DNA of 64,000 nt from Auanema rhodensis (Eukaryota; Animalia; Nematoda). Below are positions 31,501 through 44,655 of this stretch, piece by piece. Numbering within the stretch: position 1 is the stretch's first letter; every line of letters begins with the position of its first letter. The DNA lies in the NCBI GenBank assembly GCA_964057225.1, contig OZ059900.1:6138001-6202000 (forward strand). Reading direction: 5' to 3'. The translations under genes and the position numbers were made by a program. The notes under the pieces were generated by a model. It was not told the DNA's origin, made no database searches, and saw only the letters and a list, made by a program, of their open reading frames with translations.

Positions 31501-34500
31501 ATCCTTCTCTAAAGATCTCCTCATTCCCCACAATGCATGAACCATCTCGTCGTCTAATATCGTTTTACATGATACGCCAATTCTCCAGTTTTTCCATACT
31601 GCCTATCCTTCTCTGAAGATTTCCTCATTCCCCACAATGCATGAACCATCTCGTCGTCTAACATCGTTTTACATGATACGCCAATTCTCCAGTTTTTCCA
31701 TACTGCCTATCCTTCTCTAAAGATCTCTTCATTCCCCACAATGCATGAACCATCTCGTCGTCTAACATCGTTTTACATGATACGCCAATTCTCCAGTTTT
31801 TCCATACTGCCTATCCTTCTCTGAAGATTTCCTCATTCCCCACAATGCATGAACCATCTCGTCGTCTAACATCGTTTTACATGATACGCCAATTCTCCAG
31901 TTTTTCCATACTGCCTATCCTTCTCTAAAGATCTCTTCATTCCCCACAATGCATGAACCATCTCGTCGTCTAACATCGTTTTACATGATACGCCAATTCT
32001 CCAGTTTTTCCATACTGCCTATCCTTCTCTAAAGATCTCCTCATTCCCCACAATGCCTGAGCCATCTCGTCGTCTAACATCGTTTTACATGATACGCCAA
32101 ATCTCCAGTTTTTCCATACTGCCTATCCTTCTCTAAAGATCTCTTCATTCCCCACAATGCATGAACCATCTCGTCGTCTAACATCGTTTTACATGATACG
32201 CCAATTCTCCAGTTTTTCCATACTGCCTATCCTTCTCTAAAGATCTCCTCATTCCCCACAATGCATGAACCATCTCGTCGTCTAACATCGTTTTACATGA
32301 TACGCCAATTCTCCAGTTTTTCCATACTGCCTATCCTTCTCTAAAGATCTCTTCATTCCCCACAATGCCTGAGCCATCTCGTCGTCTAACATCGTTTTAC
32401 ATGATACGCCAATTCTCCAGTTTTTCCATACTGCCTATCCTTCTCTAAAGATCTCTTCATTCCCCACAATGCATGAACCATCTCGTCGTCTAACATCGTT
32501 TTACATGATACGCCAATTCTCCAGTTTTTCCATACTGCCTATCCTTCTCTAAAGATCTCTTCGTTCCCCACAATGCATGAACCATCTCGTCGTCTAACAT
32601 CGTTTTACATGATACGCCAATTCTCCAGTTTTTCCATACTGCCTATCCTTCTCTAAAGATCTCCTCATTCCCCACAATGCATGAACCATCTCGTCGTCTA
32701 ACATCGTTTTACATGATACGCCAAATCTCCAGTTTTTCCATACTGCCTATCCTTCTCTAAAAATCTCCTCATTCCCCACAATGTCTGAGCCATCTCGTCG
32801 TCTAACATCGTTTTACATGATACGCCAATTCTCCAGTTTTTCCAAACTGCCTATCCTTCTCTAAAGATCTCTTCATTCCCCACAATGCAAGAACCATCTC
32901 GTCGTCTAACATCGTTTTACATGATACGCCAATTCTCCAGTTTTTCCATACTGCCTATCCTTCTCTAAAGATCTCCTCATTCCCCACAGTGCATGAACCA
33001 TCTCGTCGTCTAACATCGTTTTACATGATACGCCAATTCTCCAGTTTTTCCACACTGCCTATCCTTCTCTGAAGATTTCCTCATTCCCCACAATGCCTGA
33101 GCCATCTCGTCGTCTAACATCGTTTTACATGATACGCCAATTCTCCAGTTTTTCCATACTGCCTATCTTTCTCTAAAGATCTCTTCATTCCCCACAATGC
33201 ATGAACCATCTCGTCGTCTAACATCGTTTTACATGATACGCCAATTCTCCAGTTTTTCCATACTGCCTATCCTTCTCTAAAGATCTCCTCATTCCCCACA
33301 ATGCCTGAACCATCTCGTCGTCTAACATCGTTTTACATGATACGCCAATTCTCCAGTTTTTCCATACTGCCTATCCTTCTCTAAAGATCTCCTCATTCCC
33401 CACAATGCATGAACCATCTCGTCGTCTAACATCGTTTTACATGATGCGCCAATTCTCCAGTTTTTCCATACTGCCTATCCTTCTCTAAAGATCTCCTCAT
33501 TCCCCACAGTGCATGAACCATCTCGTCGTCTAACATCGTTTTACATGATGCGCCAATTCTCCAGTTTTTCCATACTGCCTATCCTTCTCTAAAGATCTCC
33601 TCATTCCCCACAATGCATGAACCATCTCGTCGTCTAACATCGTTTTACATGATGCGCCAATTCTCCAGTTTTTCCATACTGCCTATCCTTCTCTAAAGAT
33701 CTCCTCATTCCCCACAATGCCTGAGCCATCTCGTCGTCTAACATCGTTTTACATGATACGCCAATTCTCCAGTTTTTCTATACTGCCTATCCTTCTCTAA
33801 AGATCTCTTCATTCCCCACAATGCATGAACCATCTCGTCGTCTAACATCGTTTTACATGATACGCCAATTCTCCAGTTTTTCCATACTGCCTATCCTTCT
33901 CTAAAGATCTCTTCATTCCCCACAATGCATGAACCATCTCGTCGTCTAACATCGTTTTACATGATACGCCAATTCTCCAGTTTTTCCAAACTGCCTATCC
34001 TTCTCTAAAGATCTCCTCATTCCCCACAATGCATGAACCATCTCGTCGTCTAACATCGTTTTACATGATACGCCAAATCTCCAGTTTTTCCATACTGCCT
34101 ATCCTCCTCTAAAGATCTCCTCATTCCCCACAGTGCATGAACCATCTCGTCGTCTAACATCGTTTTACATGATACGCCAATTCTCCAGTTTTTCCAAACT
34201 GCCTATCCTTCTCTAAAGATCTCTTCATTCCCCACAATGCATGAACCATCTCGTCGTCTAACATCGTTTTACATGATACGCCAATTCTCCAGTTTTTCCA
34301 TACTGCCTATCCTTCTCTAAAGATCTCCTCATTCCCCACAGTGCATGAACCATCTCGTCGTCTAACATCGTTTTACATGATACGCCAATTCTCCAGTTTT
34401 TCCACACTGCCTATCCTTCTCTGAAGATTTCCTCATTCCCCACAATGCCTGATCCATCTCGTCGTCTAACATCGTTTTACATGATACGCCAATTCTCCAG

Positions 34501-37500
34501 TTTTTCCATACTGCCTATCTTTCTCTAAAGATCTCTTCATTCCCCACAATGCATGAACCATCTCGTCGTCTAACATCGTTTTACATGATACGCCAATTCT
34601 CCAGTTTTTCCATACTGCCTATCTTTCTCTAAAGATCTCCTCATTCCCCACAATGCATGAACCATCTCGTCGTCTAACATCGTTTTACATGATACGCCAA
34701 TTCTCCAGTTTTTCCATACTGCCTATCCTTCTCTAAAGATCTCCTCATTCCCCACAATGCATGAACCATCTCGTCGTCTAACATCGTTTTACATGATACG
34801 CCAATTCTCCAGTTTTTCCATACTGCCTATCCTTCTCTAAAGATCTCCTCATTCCCCACAATGCCTGAACCATCTCGTCGTCTAACATCGTTTTACATGA
34901 TACGCCAATTCTCCAGTTTTTCCATACTGCCTATCCTTCTCTAAAGATCTCTTCATTCCCCACAATGCATGAACCATCTCGTCGTCTAACATCGTTTTAC
35001 ATGATACGCCAATTCTCCAGTTTTTCCATACTGCCTATCCTTCTCTAAAGATCTCTTCATTCCCCACAATGCATGAACCATCTCGTCGTCTAACATCGTT
35101 TTACATGATACGCCAATTCTCCAGTTTTTCCATACTGCCTATCCTTCTCTAAAGATCTCCTCATTCCCCACAATGCATGAACCATCTCGTCGTCTAACAT
35201 CGTTTTACATGATGCGCCAATTCTCCAGTTTTTCCATACTGCCTATCCTTCTCTAAAGATCTCCTCATTCCCCACAATGCCTGAGCCATCTCGTCGTCTA
35301 ACATCGTTTTACATGATACGCCAATTCTCCAGTTTTTCCATACTGCCTATACTTCTCTAAAGATCTCCTCATTCCCCACAATGCATGAACCATCTCGTCG
35401 TCTAACATCGTTTTACATGATACGCCAATTCTCCAGTTTTTCCACACTGCCTATCCTTCTCTAAAGATCTCCTCATTCCCCACAGTGCATGAACCATCTC
35501 GTCGTCTAACATCGTTTTACATGATGCGCCAATTCTCCAGTTTTTCCATACTGCCTATCCTTCTCTAAAGATCTCCTCATTCCCCACAATGCATGAACCA
35601 TCTCGTCGTCTAACATCGTTTTACATGATGCGCCAATTCTCCAGTTTTTCCATACTGCCTATCCTTCTCTAAAGATCTCCTCATTCCCCACAATGCCTGA
35701 GCCATCTCGTCGTCTAACATCGTTTTACATGATACGCCAATTCTCCAGTTTTTCCACACTGCCTATCCTTCTCTAAAGATCTCCTCATTCCCCACAATGC
35801 CTGAGCCATCTCGTCGTCTAACATCGTTTTACATGATACGCCAATTCTCCAGTTTTTCCATACTGCCTATCCTTCTCTAAAGATCTCCTCATTCCCCACA
35901 GTGCATGAACCATCTCGTCGTCTAACATCGTTTTACATGATACGCCAATTCTCCAGTTTTTCCATACTGCCTATCCTTCTCTAAAGATCTCTTCATTCCC
36001 CACAATGTCTGAGCCATCTCGCCGTCTAACATCGTTTTACATGATACGCCAATTCTCCAGTTTTTCCATACTGCCTATCCTTCTCTAAAGATCTCCTCAT
36101 TCCCCACAATGCATGAACCATCTCGTCGTCTAACATCGTTTTACATGATACGCCAATTCTCCAGTTTTTCCATACTGCCTATCCTTCTCTAAAGATCTCT
36201 TCATTCCCCACAATGCATGAACCATCTCGTCGTCTAACATCGTTTTACATGATACGCCAATTCTCCAGTTTTTCCATACTGCCTATCCTTCTCTAAAGAT
36301 CTCCTCATTCCCCACAATGCCTGAGCCATCTCGTCGTCTAACATCGTTTTACATGATGCGCCAATTCTCCAGTTTTTCCATACTGCCTATCCTCCTCTAA
36401 AGATCTCCTCATTCCCCACAATGCATGAACCATCTCGTCGTCTAACATCGTTTTACATGATACGCCAATTCTCCAGTTTTTCCATACTGCCTATCCTTCT
36501 CTAAAGATCTCCTCATTCCCCACAATGCATGAACCATCTCGTCGTCTAACATCGTTTTACATGATGCGCCAATTCTCCAGTTTTTCCATACTGCCTATCC
36601 TCCTCTAAAGATCTCCTCATTCCCCACAATGCATGAACCATCTCGTCGTCTAACATCGTTTTACATGATACGCCAATTCTCCAGTTTTTCCACACTGCCT
36701 ATCCTTCTCTAAAGATCTCCTCATTCCCCACAATGCATGAACCATCTCGTCGTCTAACATCGTTTTACATGATACGCCAATTCTCCAGTTTTTCCATACT
36801 GCCTATCCTTCTCTAAAGATCTCCTCATTCCCCACAATGCATGAACCATCTCGTCGTCTAACATCGTTTTACATGATACGCCAATTCTCCAGTTTTTCCA
36901 TACTGCCTATCCTTCTCTAAAGATCTCCTCATTCCCCACAATGCATGAACCATCTCGTCGTCTAACATCGCTTTACATGATACGCCAATTCTCCAGTTTT
37001 TCCATACTGCCTATCCTTCTCTAAAGATCTCCTCATTCCCCACAATGCCTGAGCCATCTCGTCGTCTAACATCGTTTTACATGATACGCCAATTCTCCAG
37101 TTTTTCCATACTGCCTATCCTTCTCTAAAGATCTCTTCATTCCCCACAATGCATGAACCATCTCGTCGTCTAACATCGTTTTACATGATACGCCAATTCT
37201 CCAGTTTTTCCATACTGCCTATCCTTCTCTAAAGATCTCTTCATTCCCCACAATGTCTGAGCCATCTCGTCGTCTAACATCGTTTTACATGATACGCCAA
37301 TTCTCCAGTTTTTCCATACTGCCTATCCTTCTCTAAAGATCTCTTCATTCCCCACAATGCATGAACCATCTCGTCGTCTAACATCGTTTTACATGATACG
37401 CCAATTCTCCAGTTTTTCCATACTGCCTATCCTTCTCTAAAGATCTCTTCATTCCCCACAATGTCTGAGCCATCTCGTCGTCTAACATCGTTTTACATGA

Positions 37501-38415
37501 TACGCCAATTCTCCAGTTTTTCCATACTGCCTATCCTTCTCTAAAGATCTCTTCATTCCCCACAATGCATGAACCATCTCGTCGTCTAACATCGTTTTAC
37601 ATGATACGCCAATTCTCCAGTTTTTCCATACTGCCTATCCTTCTCTAAAGATCTCCTCATTCCCCACAATGCATGAACCATCTCGTCGTCTAACATCGTT
37701 TTACATGATGCGCCAATTCTCCAGTTTTTCCATACTGCCTATCCTTCTCTAAAGATCTCCTCATTCCCCACAATGCCTGAGCCATCTCGTCGTCTAACAT
37801 CGTTTTACATGATACGCCAATTCTCCAGTTTTTCCATACTGCCTATACTTCTCTAAAGATCTCCTCATTCCCCACAATGCATGAACCATCTCGTCGTCTA
37901 ACATCGTTTTACATGATACGCCAATTCTCCAGTTTTTCCACACTGCCTATCCTTCTCTAAAGATCTCCTCATTCCCCACAGTGCATGAACCATCTCGTCG
38001 TCTAACATCGTTTTACATGATGCGCCAATTCTCCAGTTTTTCCATACTGCCTATCCTTCTCTAAAGATCTCCTCATTCCCCACAATGCATGAACCATCTC
38101 GTCGTCTAACATCGTTTTACATGATGCGCCAATTCTCCAGTTTTTCCATACTGCCTATCCTTCTCTAAAGATCTCCTCATTCCCCACAATGCCTGAGCCA
38201 TCTCGTCGTCTAACATCGTTTTACATGATACGCCAATTCTCCAGTTTTTCCACACTGCCTATAATTCTCTAAAGATCTCCTCATTCCCCACAATGCATGA
38301 ACCATCTCGTCGTCTAACATCGTTTTACATGATACGCCAATTCTCCAGTTTTTCCACACTGCCTATCCTTCTCTAAAGATCTCCTCATTCCCCACAGTGC
38401 ATGAACCATCTCGTC
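28522..38415 (-). repeat. Satellite array A: 104-bp monomer x95
   Basis: Monomer on + strand: TCTCGTCGTCTAACATCGTTTTACATGATACGCCAATTCTCCAGTTTTTCCATACTGCCTATCCTTCTCTAAAGATCTCCTCATTCCCCACAATGCATGAACCA. First TCTCGTC at 28529 and last at 38409, i.e. exactly 95 x 104. The + strand is pyrimidine-rich. Strand is given by the orientation of the shared box. Confidence 0.98.
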
Positions 38416-41400
38416 AACATGGGAAACGAACCCAGGCGACGAGATGGTTCAGATAGCATTGCAACTGCCGAGGTAGTTAGAGAGTTGTAGATATCATGAG
38501 AAAGTAAGATGCTAAGCTCAATATGGGAATGGACGCTAGATGACGAGATGGTTCAGATATCATTGAAACTGCCGAGGTAGTTAGAGAGTTGTAGGTATCA
38601 TGAGAAAGTAAGATGCTAAGCTCAACATGGGAAACGAACCCAGGCGACGAGATGGTTCAGATAGCATTGCAACTGCCGAGGTAGTTAGAGAGTTGTAGAT
38701 ATCATGAGAAAGTAAGATGCTAAGCTCAATATGGGAATGGACGCTAGATGACGAGATGGTTCAGATATCATTGAAACTGCCGAGGTAGTTAGAGAGTTGT
38801 AGGTATCATGAGAAAGTAAGATGCTAAGCTCAATATGGGAATGGACGCTAGATGACGAGATGGTTCAGATATCATTGAAACTGCCGAGGTAGTTAGAGAG
38901 TTGTAGGTATCATGAGAAAGTAAGATGCTAAGCTCAACATGGGAACCGAACCCAGGCGACGAGATGGTTCAGATAGCATTGCAACTGCCGAGGTAGTTAG
39001 AGAGTTGTAGATATCATGAGAAAGTAAGATGCTAAGCTCAATATGGGAATGGACGCTAGATGACGAGATGGTTCAGATATCATTGAAACTGCCGAGGTAG
39101 TTAGAGAGTTGTAGGTATCATGAGAAAGTAAGATGCTAAGCTCAACATGGGAAACGAACCCAGGCGACGAGATGGTTCAGATAGCATTGCAACTGCCGAG
39201 GTAGTTAGAGAGTTGTAGATATCATGAGAAAGTAAGATGCTAAGCTCAATATGGGAATGGACGCTAGATGACGAGATGGTTCAGATATCATTGAAACTGC
39301 CGAGGTAGTTAGAGAGTTGTAGGTATCATGAGAAATTAAGATGCTAAGCTCAACATGGGAAACGAACCCAGGCGATGAGATGGTTCAGATAGCATTGCAA
39401 CTGCCGAGGTAGTTAGAGAGTTGTAGATATCATGAGAAAGTAAGATGCTAAGCTCAATATGGGAATGGACGCTAGATGACGAGATGGTTCAGATATCATT
39501 GAAACTGCCGAGGTAGGTAGAGAGTTGTAGATATCATGAGAAAGTAAGATGCTAAGCTCAACATGGGAAACAAACCCAGGCGACGAGATGGTTCAGATAT
39601 CATTGAAACTGCCGAGGTAGTTAGAGAGTTGTAGATATCATGAGAAAGTAAGATGCTAAGCTCAACATGGGAATCGAACCCAGGCGACGAGATGGTTCAG
39701 ATATCATTGAAACTGCCGAGGTAGTTAGAGAGTTGTAGATATCATGAGAAAGTAAGATGCTAAGCTCAACATGGGAATCGAACCCAGGCGACGAGATGGT
39801 TCAGATATCATTGCAACTGCCGAGGTAGTTAGAGAGTTGTAGATATCATGAGAAAGTAAGATGCTAAGCTCAACATGGGAAACGAACCCAGGCGACGAGA
39901 TGGTTCAGATATCATTGAAACTGCCGAGGTAGTTAGAGAGTTGTAGATATCATGAGAAAGTAAGATGCTAAGCTCAACATGGGAAACGAACCCAGGCGAC
40001 GAGATGGTTCAGATATCATTGAAACTGCCGAGGTAGTTAGAGAGTTGTAGATATCATGAGAAAGTAAGATGCTAAGCTCAATATGGGAAACGAACCCAGG
40101 CGACGAGATGGTTCAGATAACATTGCAACAGCCGAGGTAGTTAGAGAGTTGTAGATATCATGAGAAAGTAAGATGCTAAGCTCAACATGGGAAACGAACC
40201 CAGGCGACGAGATGGTTCAGATATCATTGAAACTGCCGAGGCAGTTAGAGAGTTGTAGATATCATGAGAAAGTAAGATGCTAAGCTCAACATGGGAATGG
40301 ACGCTAGATGACGAGATGGTTCAGATATCATTGAAACTGCCGAGGTAGTTAGAGAGTTTTAGATATCATGAGAAAGTAAGATGCTAAGCTCAATATGGGA
40401 AACGAACCCAGGCGACGAGATGGTTCAGATAACATTGCAACAGCCGAGGTAGTTAGAGAGTTGTAGATATCATGAGAAAGTAAGATGCTAAGCTCAACAT
40501 GGGAAACGAACCCAGGCGACGAGATGGTTGAGATATCATTGAAACTGCCGAGGCAGTTAGAGAGTTGTAGATATCATGAGAAAGTAAGATGCTAAGCTCA
40601 ACATGGGAATGGACGCTAGATGACGAGATGGTTCAGATATCATTGAAACTGCCGAGGTAGTTAGAGAGTTGTAGATATCATGAGAAAGTAAGATGCTAAG
40701 CTCAACATGGGAATGGACGCTAGATGACGAGATGGTTCAGATATCATTGAAACTGCCGAGGTAGTTAGAGAGTTGTAGATATCATGAGAAAGTAAGATGC
40801 TAAGCTCAATATGGGAATATACGCTAGATGACGAGATGGTTCAGATATCATTGAAACTGCCGAGGTAGTTAGAGAGTTGTAGATATCATGAGAAAGTAAG
40901 ATGCTAAGCTCAACATGTTAATGGACGCTAGATGACGAGATGGTTCAGATATCATTGAAACTGCAGAGGTAGTTAGAGAGTTGTAGATATCATGAGAAAG
41001 TAAGATGCTAAGCTCAACATGGGAATGGACGCTAGATGACGAGATGGTTCAGATATCATTGAAACTGCCGAGGTAGTTAGAGAGTTTTAGATATCATGAG
41101 AAAGTAAGATGCTAAGCTCAACATGGGAAACGAACCCAGGCGACGAGATGGTTGAGATATCATTGAAACTGCCGAGGCAGTTAGAGAGTTGTAGATATCA
41201 TGAGAAAGTAAGATGCTAAGCTCAACATGGGAATGGACGCTAGATGACGAGATGGTTCAGATATCATTGAAACTGCCGAGGTAGTTAGAGAGTTGTAGAT
41301 ATCATGAGAAAGTAAGATGCTAAGCTCAACATGGGAATGGACGCTAGATGACGAGATGGTTCAGATATCATTGAAACTGCCGAGGTAGTTAGAGAGTTGT

Positions 41401-43859
41401 AGATATCATGAGAAAGTAAGATGCTAAGCTCAATATGGGAATATACGCTAGATGACGAGATGGTTCAGATATCATTGAAACTGCCGAGGTAGTTAGAGAG
41501 TTGTAGATATCATGAGAAAGTAAGATGCTAAGCTCAACATGTTAATGGACGCTAGATGACGAGATGGTTCAGATATCATTGAAACTGCAGAGGTAGTTAG
41601 AGAGTTGTAGATATCATGAGAAAGTAAGATGCTAAGCTCAACATGGGAATGGACGCTAGATGACGAGATGGTTCAGATATCATTGAAACTGCCGAGGTAG
41701 TTAGAGAGTTGTAGATATCATGAGAAAGTAGGATGCTAAGCTCAACATGGGAAACGAACCCAGGCGACAAGATGGTTCAGATAGCATTGCAACTGCCGAG
41801 GTAGTTAGAGAGTTGTAGATATCATGAGAAAGTAAGATGCTAAGCTCAACATGGGAAACGAATCCAGGCGACGAGATGGTTCAGATATCATTGCAACTGC
41901 CGAGGTAGTTAGAGAGTTGTAGATATCATGAGAAAGTAAGATGCTAAGCTCAACATGGGAAACGAACCCAGGCGACAAGATGGTTCAGATAGCATTGCAA
42001 CTGCCGAGGTAGTTAGAGAGTTGTAGATATCATGAGAAAGTAAGATGCTAAGCTCAACATGGGAAACGAACCCAGGCGACAAGATGGTTCAGATAGCATT
42101 GCAACTGCCGAGGTAGTTAGAGAGTTGTAGATATCATGAGAAAGTAAGATGCTAAGCTCAACATGGGAATGGACGCTAGATGACGAGATGGTTCAGATAT
42201 CATTGAAACTGCCGAGGTAGTTAGAGAGTTGTAGATATCATGAGAAAGTAAGATGCTAAGCTCAACATGGGAAACGAACCCAGGCGACGAGATGGTTCAG
42301 ATATCATTGAAACTGCCGAGGCAGTTAGAGAGTTGTAGATATCATGAGAAAGTGAGATGCTAAGCTCAACATGGGAATGGACGCTAGATGACGAGATGGT
42401 TCAGATATCATTGAAACTGCCGAGGTAGTTAGAGAGTTGTAGATATCATGAGAAAGTAAGATGCTAAGCTCAACATGGGAAACGAATCCAGGCGACGAGA
42501 TGGTTCAGATATCATTGCAACTGCCGAGGCAGTTAGAGAGTTGTAGATATCATGAGAAAGTGAGATGCTAAGCTCAACATGGGAATGGACGCTAGATGAC
42601 GAGATGGTTCAGATATCATTGAAACTGCCGAGGTAGTTAGAGAGTTGTAGATATCATGAGAAAGTAAGATGCTAAGCTCAACATGGGAAACGAATCCAGG
42701 CGACGAGATGGTTCAGATATCATTGCAACTGCCGAGGCAGTTAGAGAGTTGTAGATATCATGAGAAAGTGAGATGCTAAGCTCAACATGGGAATGGACGC
42801 TAGATGACGAGATGGTTCAGATATCATTGAAACTGCCGAGGTAGTTAGAGAGTTGTAGATATCATGAGAAAGTAAGATGCTAAGCTCAACATGGGAAACG
42901 AATCCAGGCGACGAGATGGTTCAGATATCATTGAAACTGCCGAGGCAGTTAGAGAGTTGTAGATATCATGAGAAAGTGAGATGCTAAGCTCAACATGGGA
43001 ATGGACGCTAGATGACGAGATGGTTCAGATATCATTGAAACTGCCGAGGTAGTTAGAGAGTTGTAGATATCATGAGAAAGTAAGATGCTAAGCTCAACAT
43101 GGGAAACGAACCCAGGCGACGAGATGGTTCAGATATCATTGAAACTGCCGAGGTAGTTAGAGAGTTGTAGATATCATGAGAAAGTAAGATGCTAAGCTCA
43201 ACATGGGAATGGACGCTAGATGACGAGATGGTTCAGATATCATTGAAACTGCCGAGGTAGTTAGAGAGTTGTAGATATCATGAGAAAGTAAGATGCTAAG
43301 CTCAACATGGGAAACGAATCCAGGCGACGAGATGGTTCAGATATCATTGCAACTGCCGAGGTAGTTAGAGAGTTGTAGATATCATGAGAAAGTAAGATGC
43401 TAAGCTCAACATGGGAAACGAACCCAGGCGACAAGATGGTTCAGATAGCATTGCAACTGCCGAGGTAGTTAGAGAGTTGTAGATATCATGAGAAAGTAAG
43501 ATGCTAAGCTCAACATGGGAAACGAACCCAGGCGACGAGATGGTTCAGATATCATTGAAACTGCGGAGGTAGTTAGAGAGTTGTAGATATCATGAGAAAG
43601 TAAGATGCTAAGCTCAACATGGGAAACGAACCCAGGCGACGAGATGGTTCAGATATCATTGAAACTGCCGAGGTAGTTAGAGAGTTGTAGATATCATGAG
43701 AAAGTAAGATGCTAAGCTCAACATAGGAAACGAACCCAGGCGACGAGATGGTTCAGATATCATTGAAACTGCCGAGGTAGTTAGAGAGTTATAGATATCA
43801 TGAGAAAGTAAGATGCTAAGCTCAACATGGGAATGGACGCTAGATGACGAGATGGTTTA
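38416..43859 (+). repeat. Satellite array B: 104-bp monomer x52, diverged homolog of array A in inverted orientation
   Basis: Monomer: GACGAGATGGTTCAGATATCATTGAAACTGCCGAGGTAGTTAGAGAGTTGTAGATATCATGAGAAAGTAAGATGCTAAGCTCAACATGGGAA-[TGGACGCTAGAT or ACGAACCCAGGC]. First box at 38438 and last at 43846, i.e. exactly 52 x 104. The + strand is purine-rich. Confidence 0.98.
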
Positions 43860-44050
43860 ATGTATTTAGATTCATAGTTTTCGGTGTTCTGTTTTTGTTA
43901 CTCAGCCAAACTGTTGAAACAATGTTGTCCATCTTTTTGTCATATTGCATATGAGACGGTTGAAAGTTTATGTAGTTTTTGTATATTTCATGTTATTAAA
44001 GAAGAAGATATGGTAGTTTGACCTATATCCTGATAGTCAGGAATACTTTT

Positions 44051-44060
44051 TTGGCGCGAA
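44051..44060 (-). promoter_or_regulatory. E2F (EFL-1/DPL-1, DREAM-type) site upstream of coiled-coil paralog 1
   Basis: TTGGCGCGAA is the reverse complement of TTCGCGCCAA, the canonical nematode E2F element. It lies ~600 bp upstream of the ATG in otherwise very AT-rich DNA. Confidence 0.5.
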
Positions 44061-44655
44061 TCACAGTTTGTGTTACGAAATTAATCTTATTCTGTTATGT
44101 CATATAATATTGAGACGCTCTCTATTCAATATTCATTTCAGTCTTTCAGTTTAATTCATTTTGTTTTTACCCTCTCCTGTTTTGTAAGATAAAAAAACTT
44201 TTCTTTCCAAAGTATATGTGGACCAATCTGTGATTTATCACGATGTAATGGTTCTTCACGTTCTAAAAATTACTAGTATATCTTTGCTGAATTATCTAAA
44301 TGAAAGTATTTTTTAATTTCTGTTTTGCTTTAATCTTTTTCAAAATTCGTTTGTACTATATATTCAGATACTGTTAATCAATTGGTGGGGTAATTAATTT
44401 CCCCAGTGCCATAAATATATGATAATTATTTTGTCTGTGAGTACGGTAGTCAAATATATATGCATATTTTCACGTATGCGTTGTTTTTTTGGCGTCTAAA
44501 ATTGAGTTGAAGTTTTTATATATTCTATTTGTCTAGTGATTTATAATTATTTTCTTATTTCTTTCAACATATTGTCTTTTCTCTTCTATTTGAATTATTT
44601 CTTTTCAGGAGTTAGCTTTCGAATTGGTCTTCAAAGATTCAGTTCGGATTACAAC

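Noticed and set aside
28522-43859. CRISPR-like array (constant box plus spacers)
   Set aside because: Inter-box sequences are near-identical within each array, there are no cas genes, and the context is eukaryotic.
28522-43859. Tandem SL RNA, 5S rRNA, snRNA, or hammerhead-ribozyme satellite
   Set aside because: No SL1 leader GGTTTAATTACCCAAG and no 5S or snRNA similarity. The hammerhead core CTGANGA appears only in a few rare CTGAAGA variants without matching stems. GGTTCAGA does not fit the B-box consensus GTTCRANNC.
28522-43859. Protein-coding repeat
   Set aside because: 104 is not a multiple of 3 and the ORF track has no ORF across the 15 kb.
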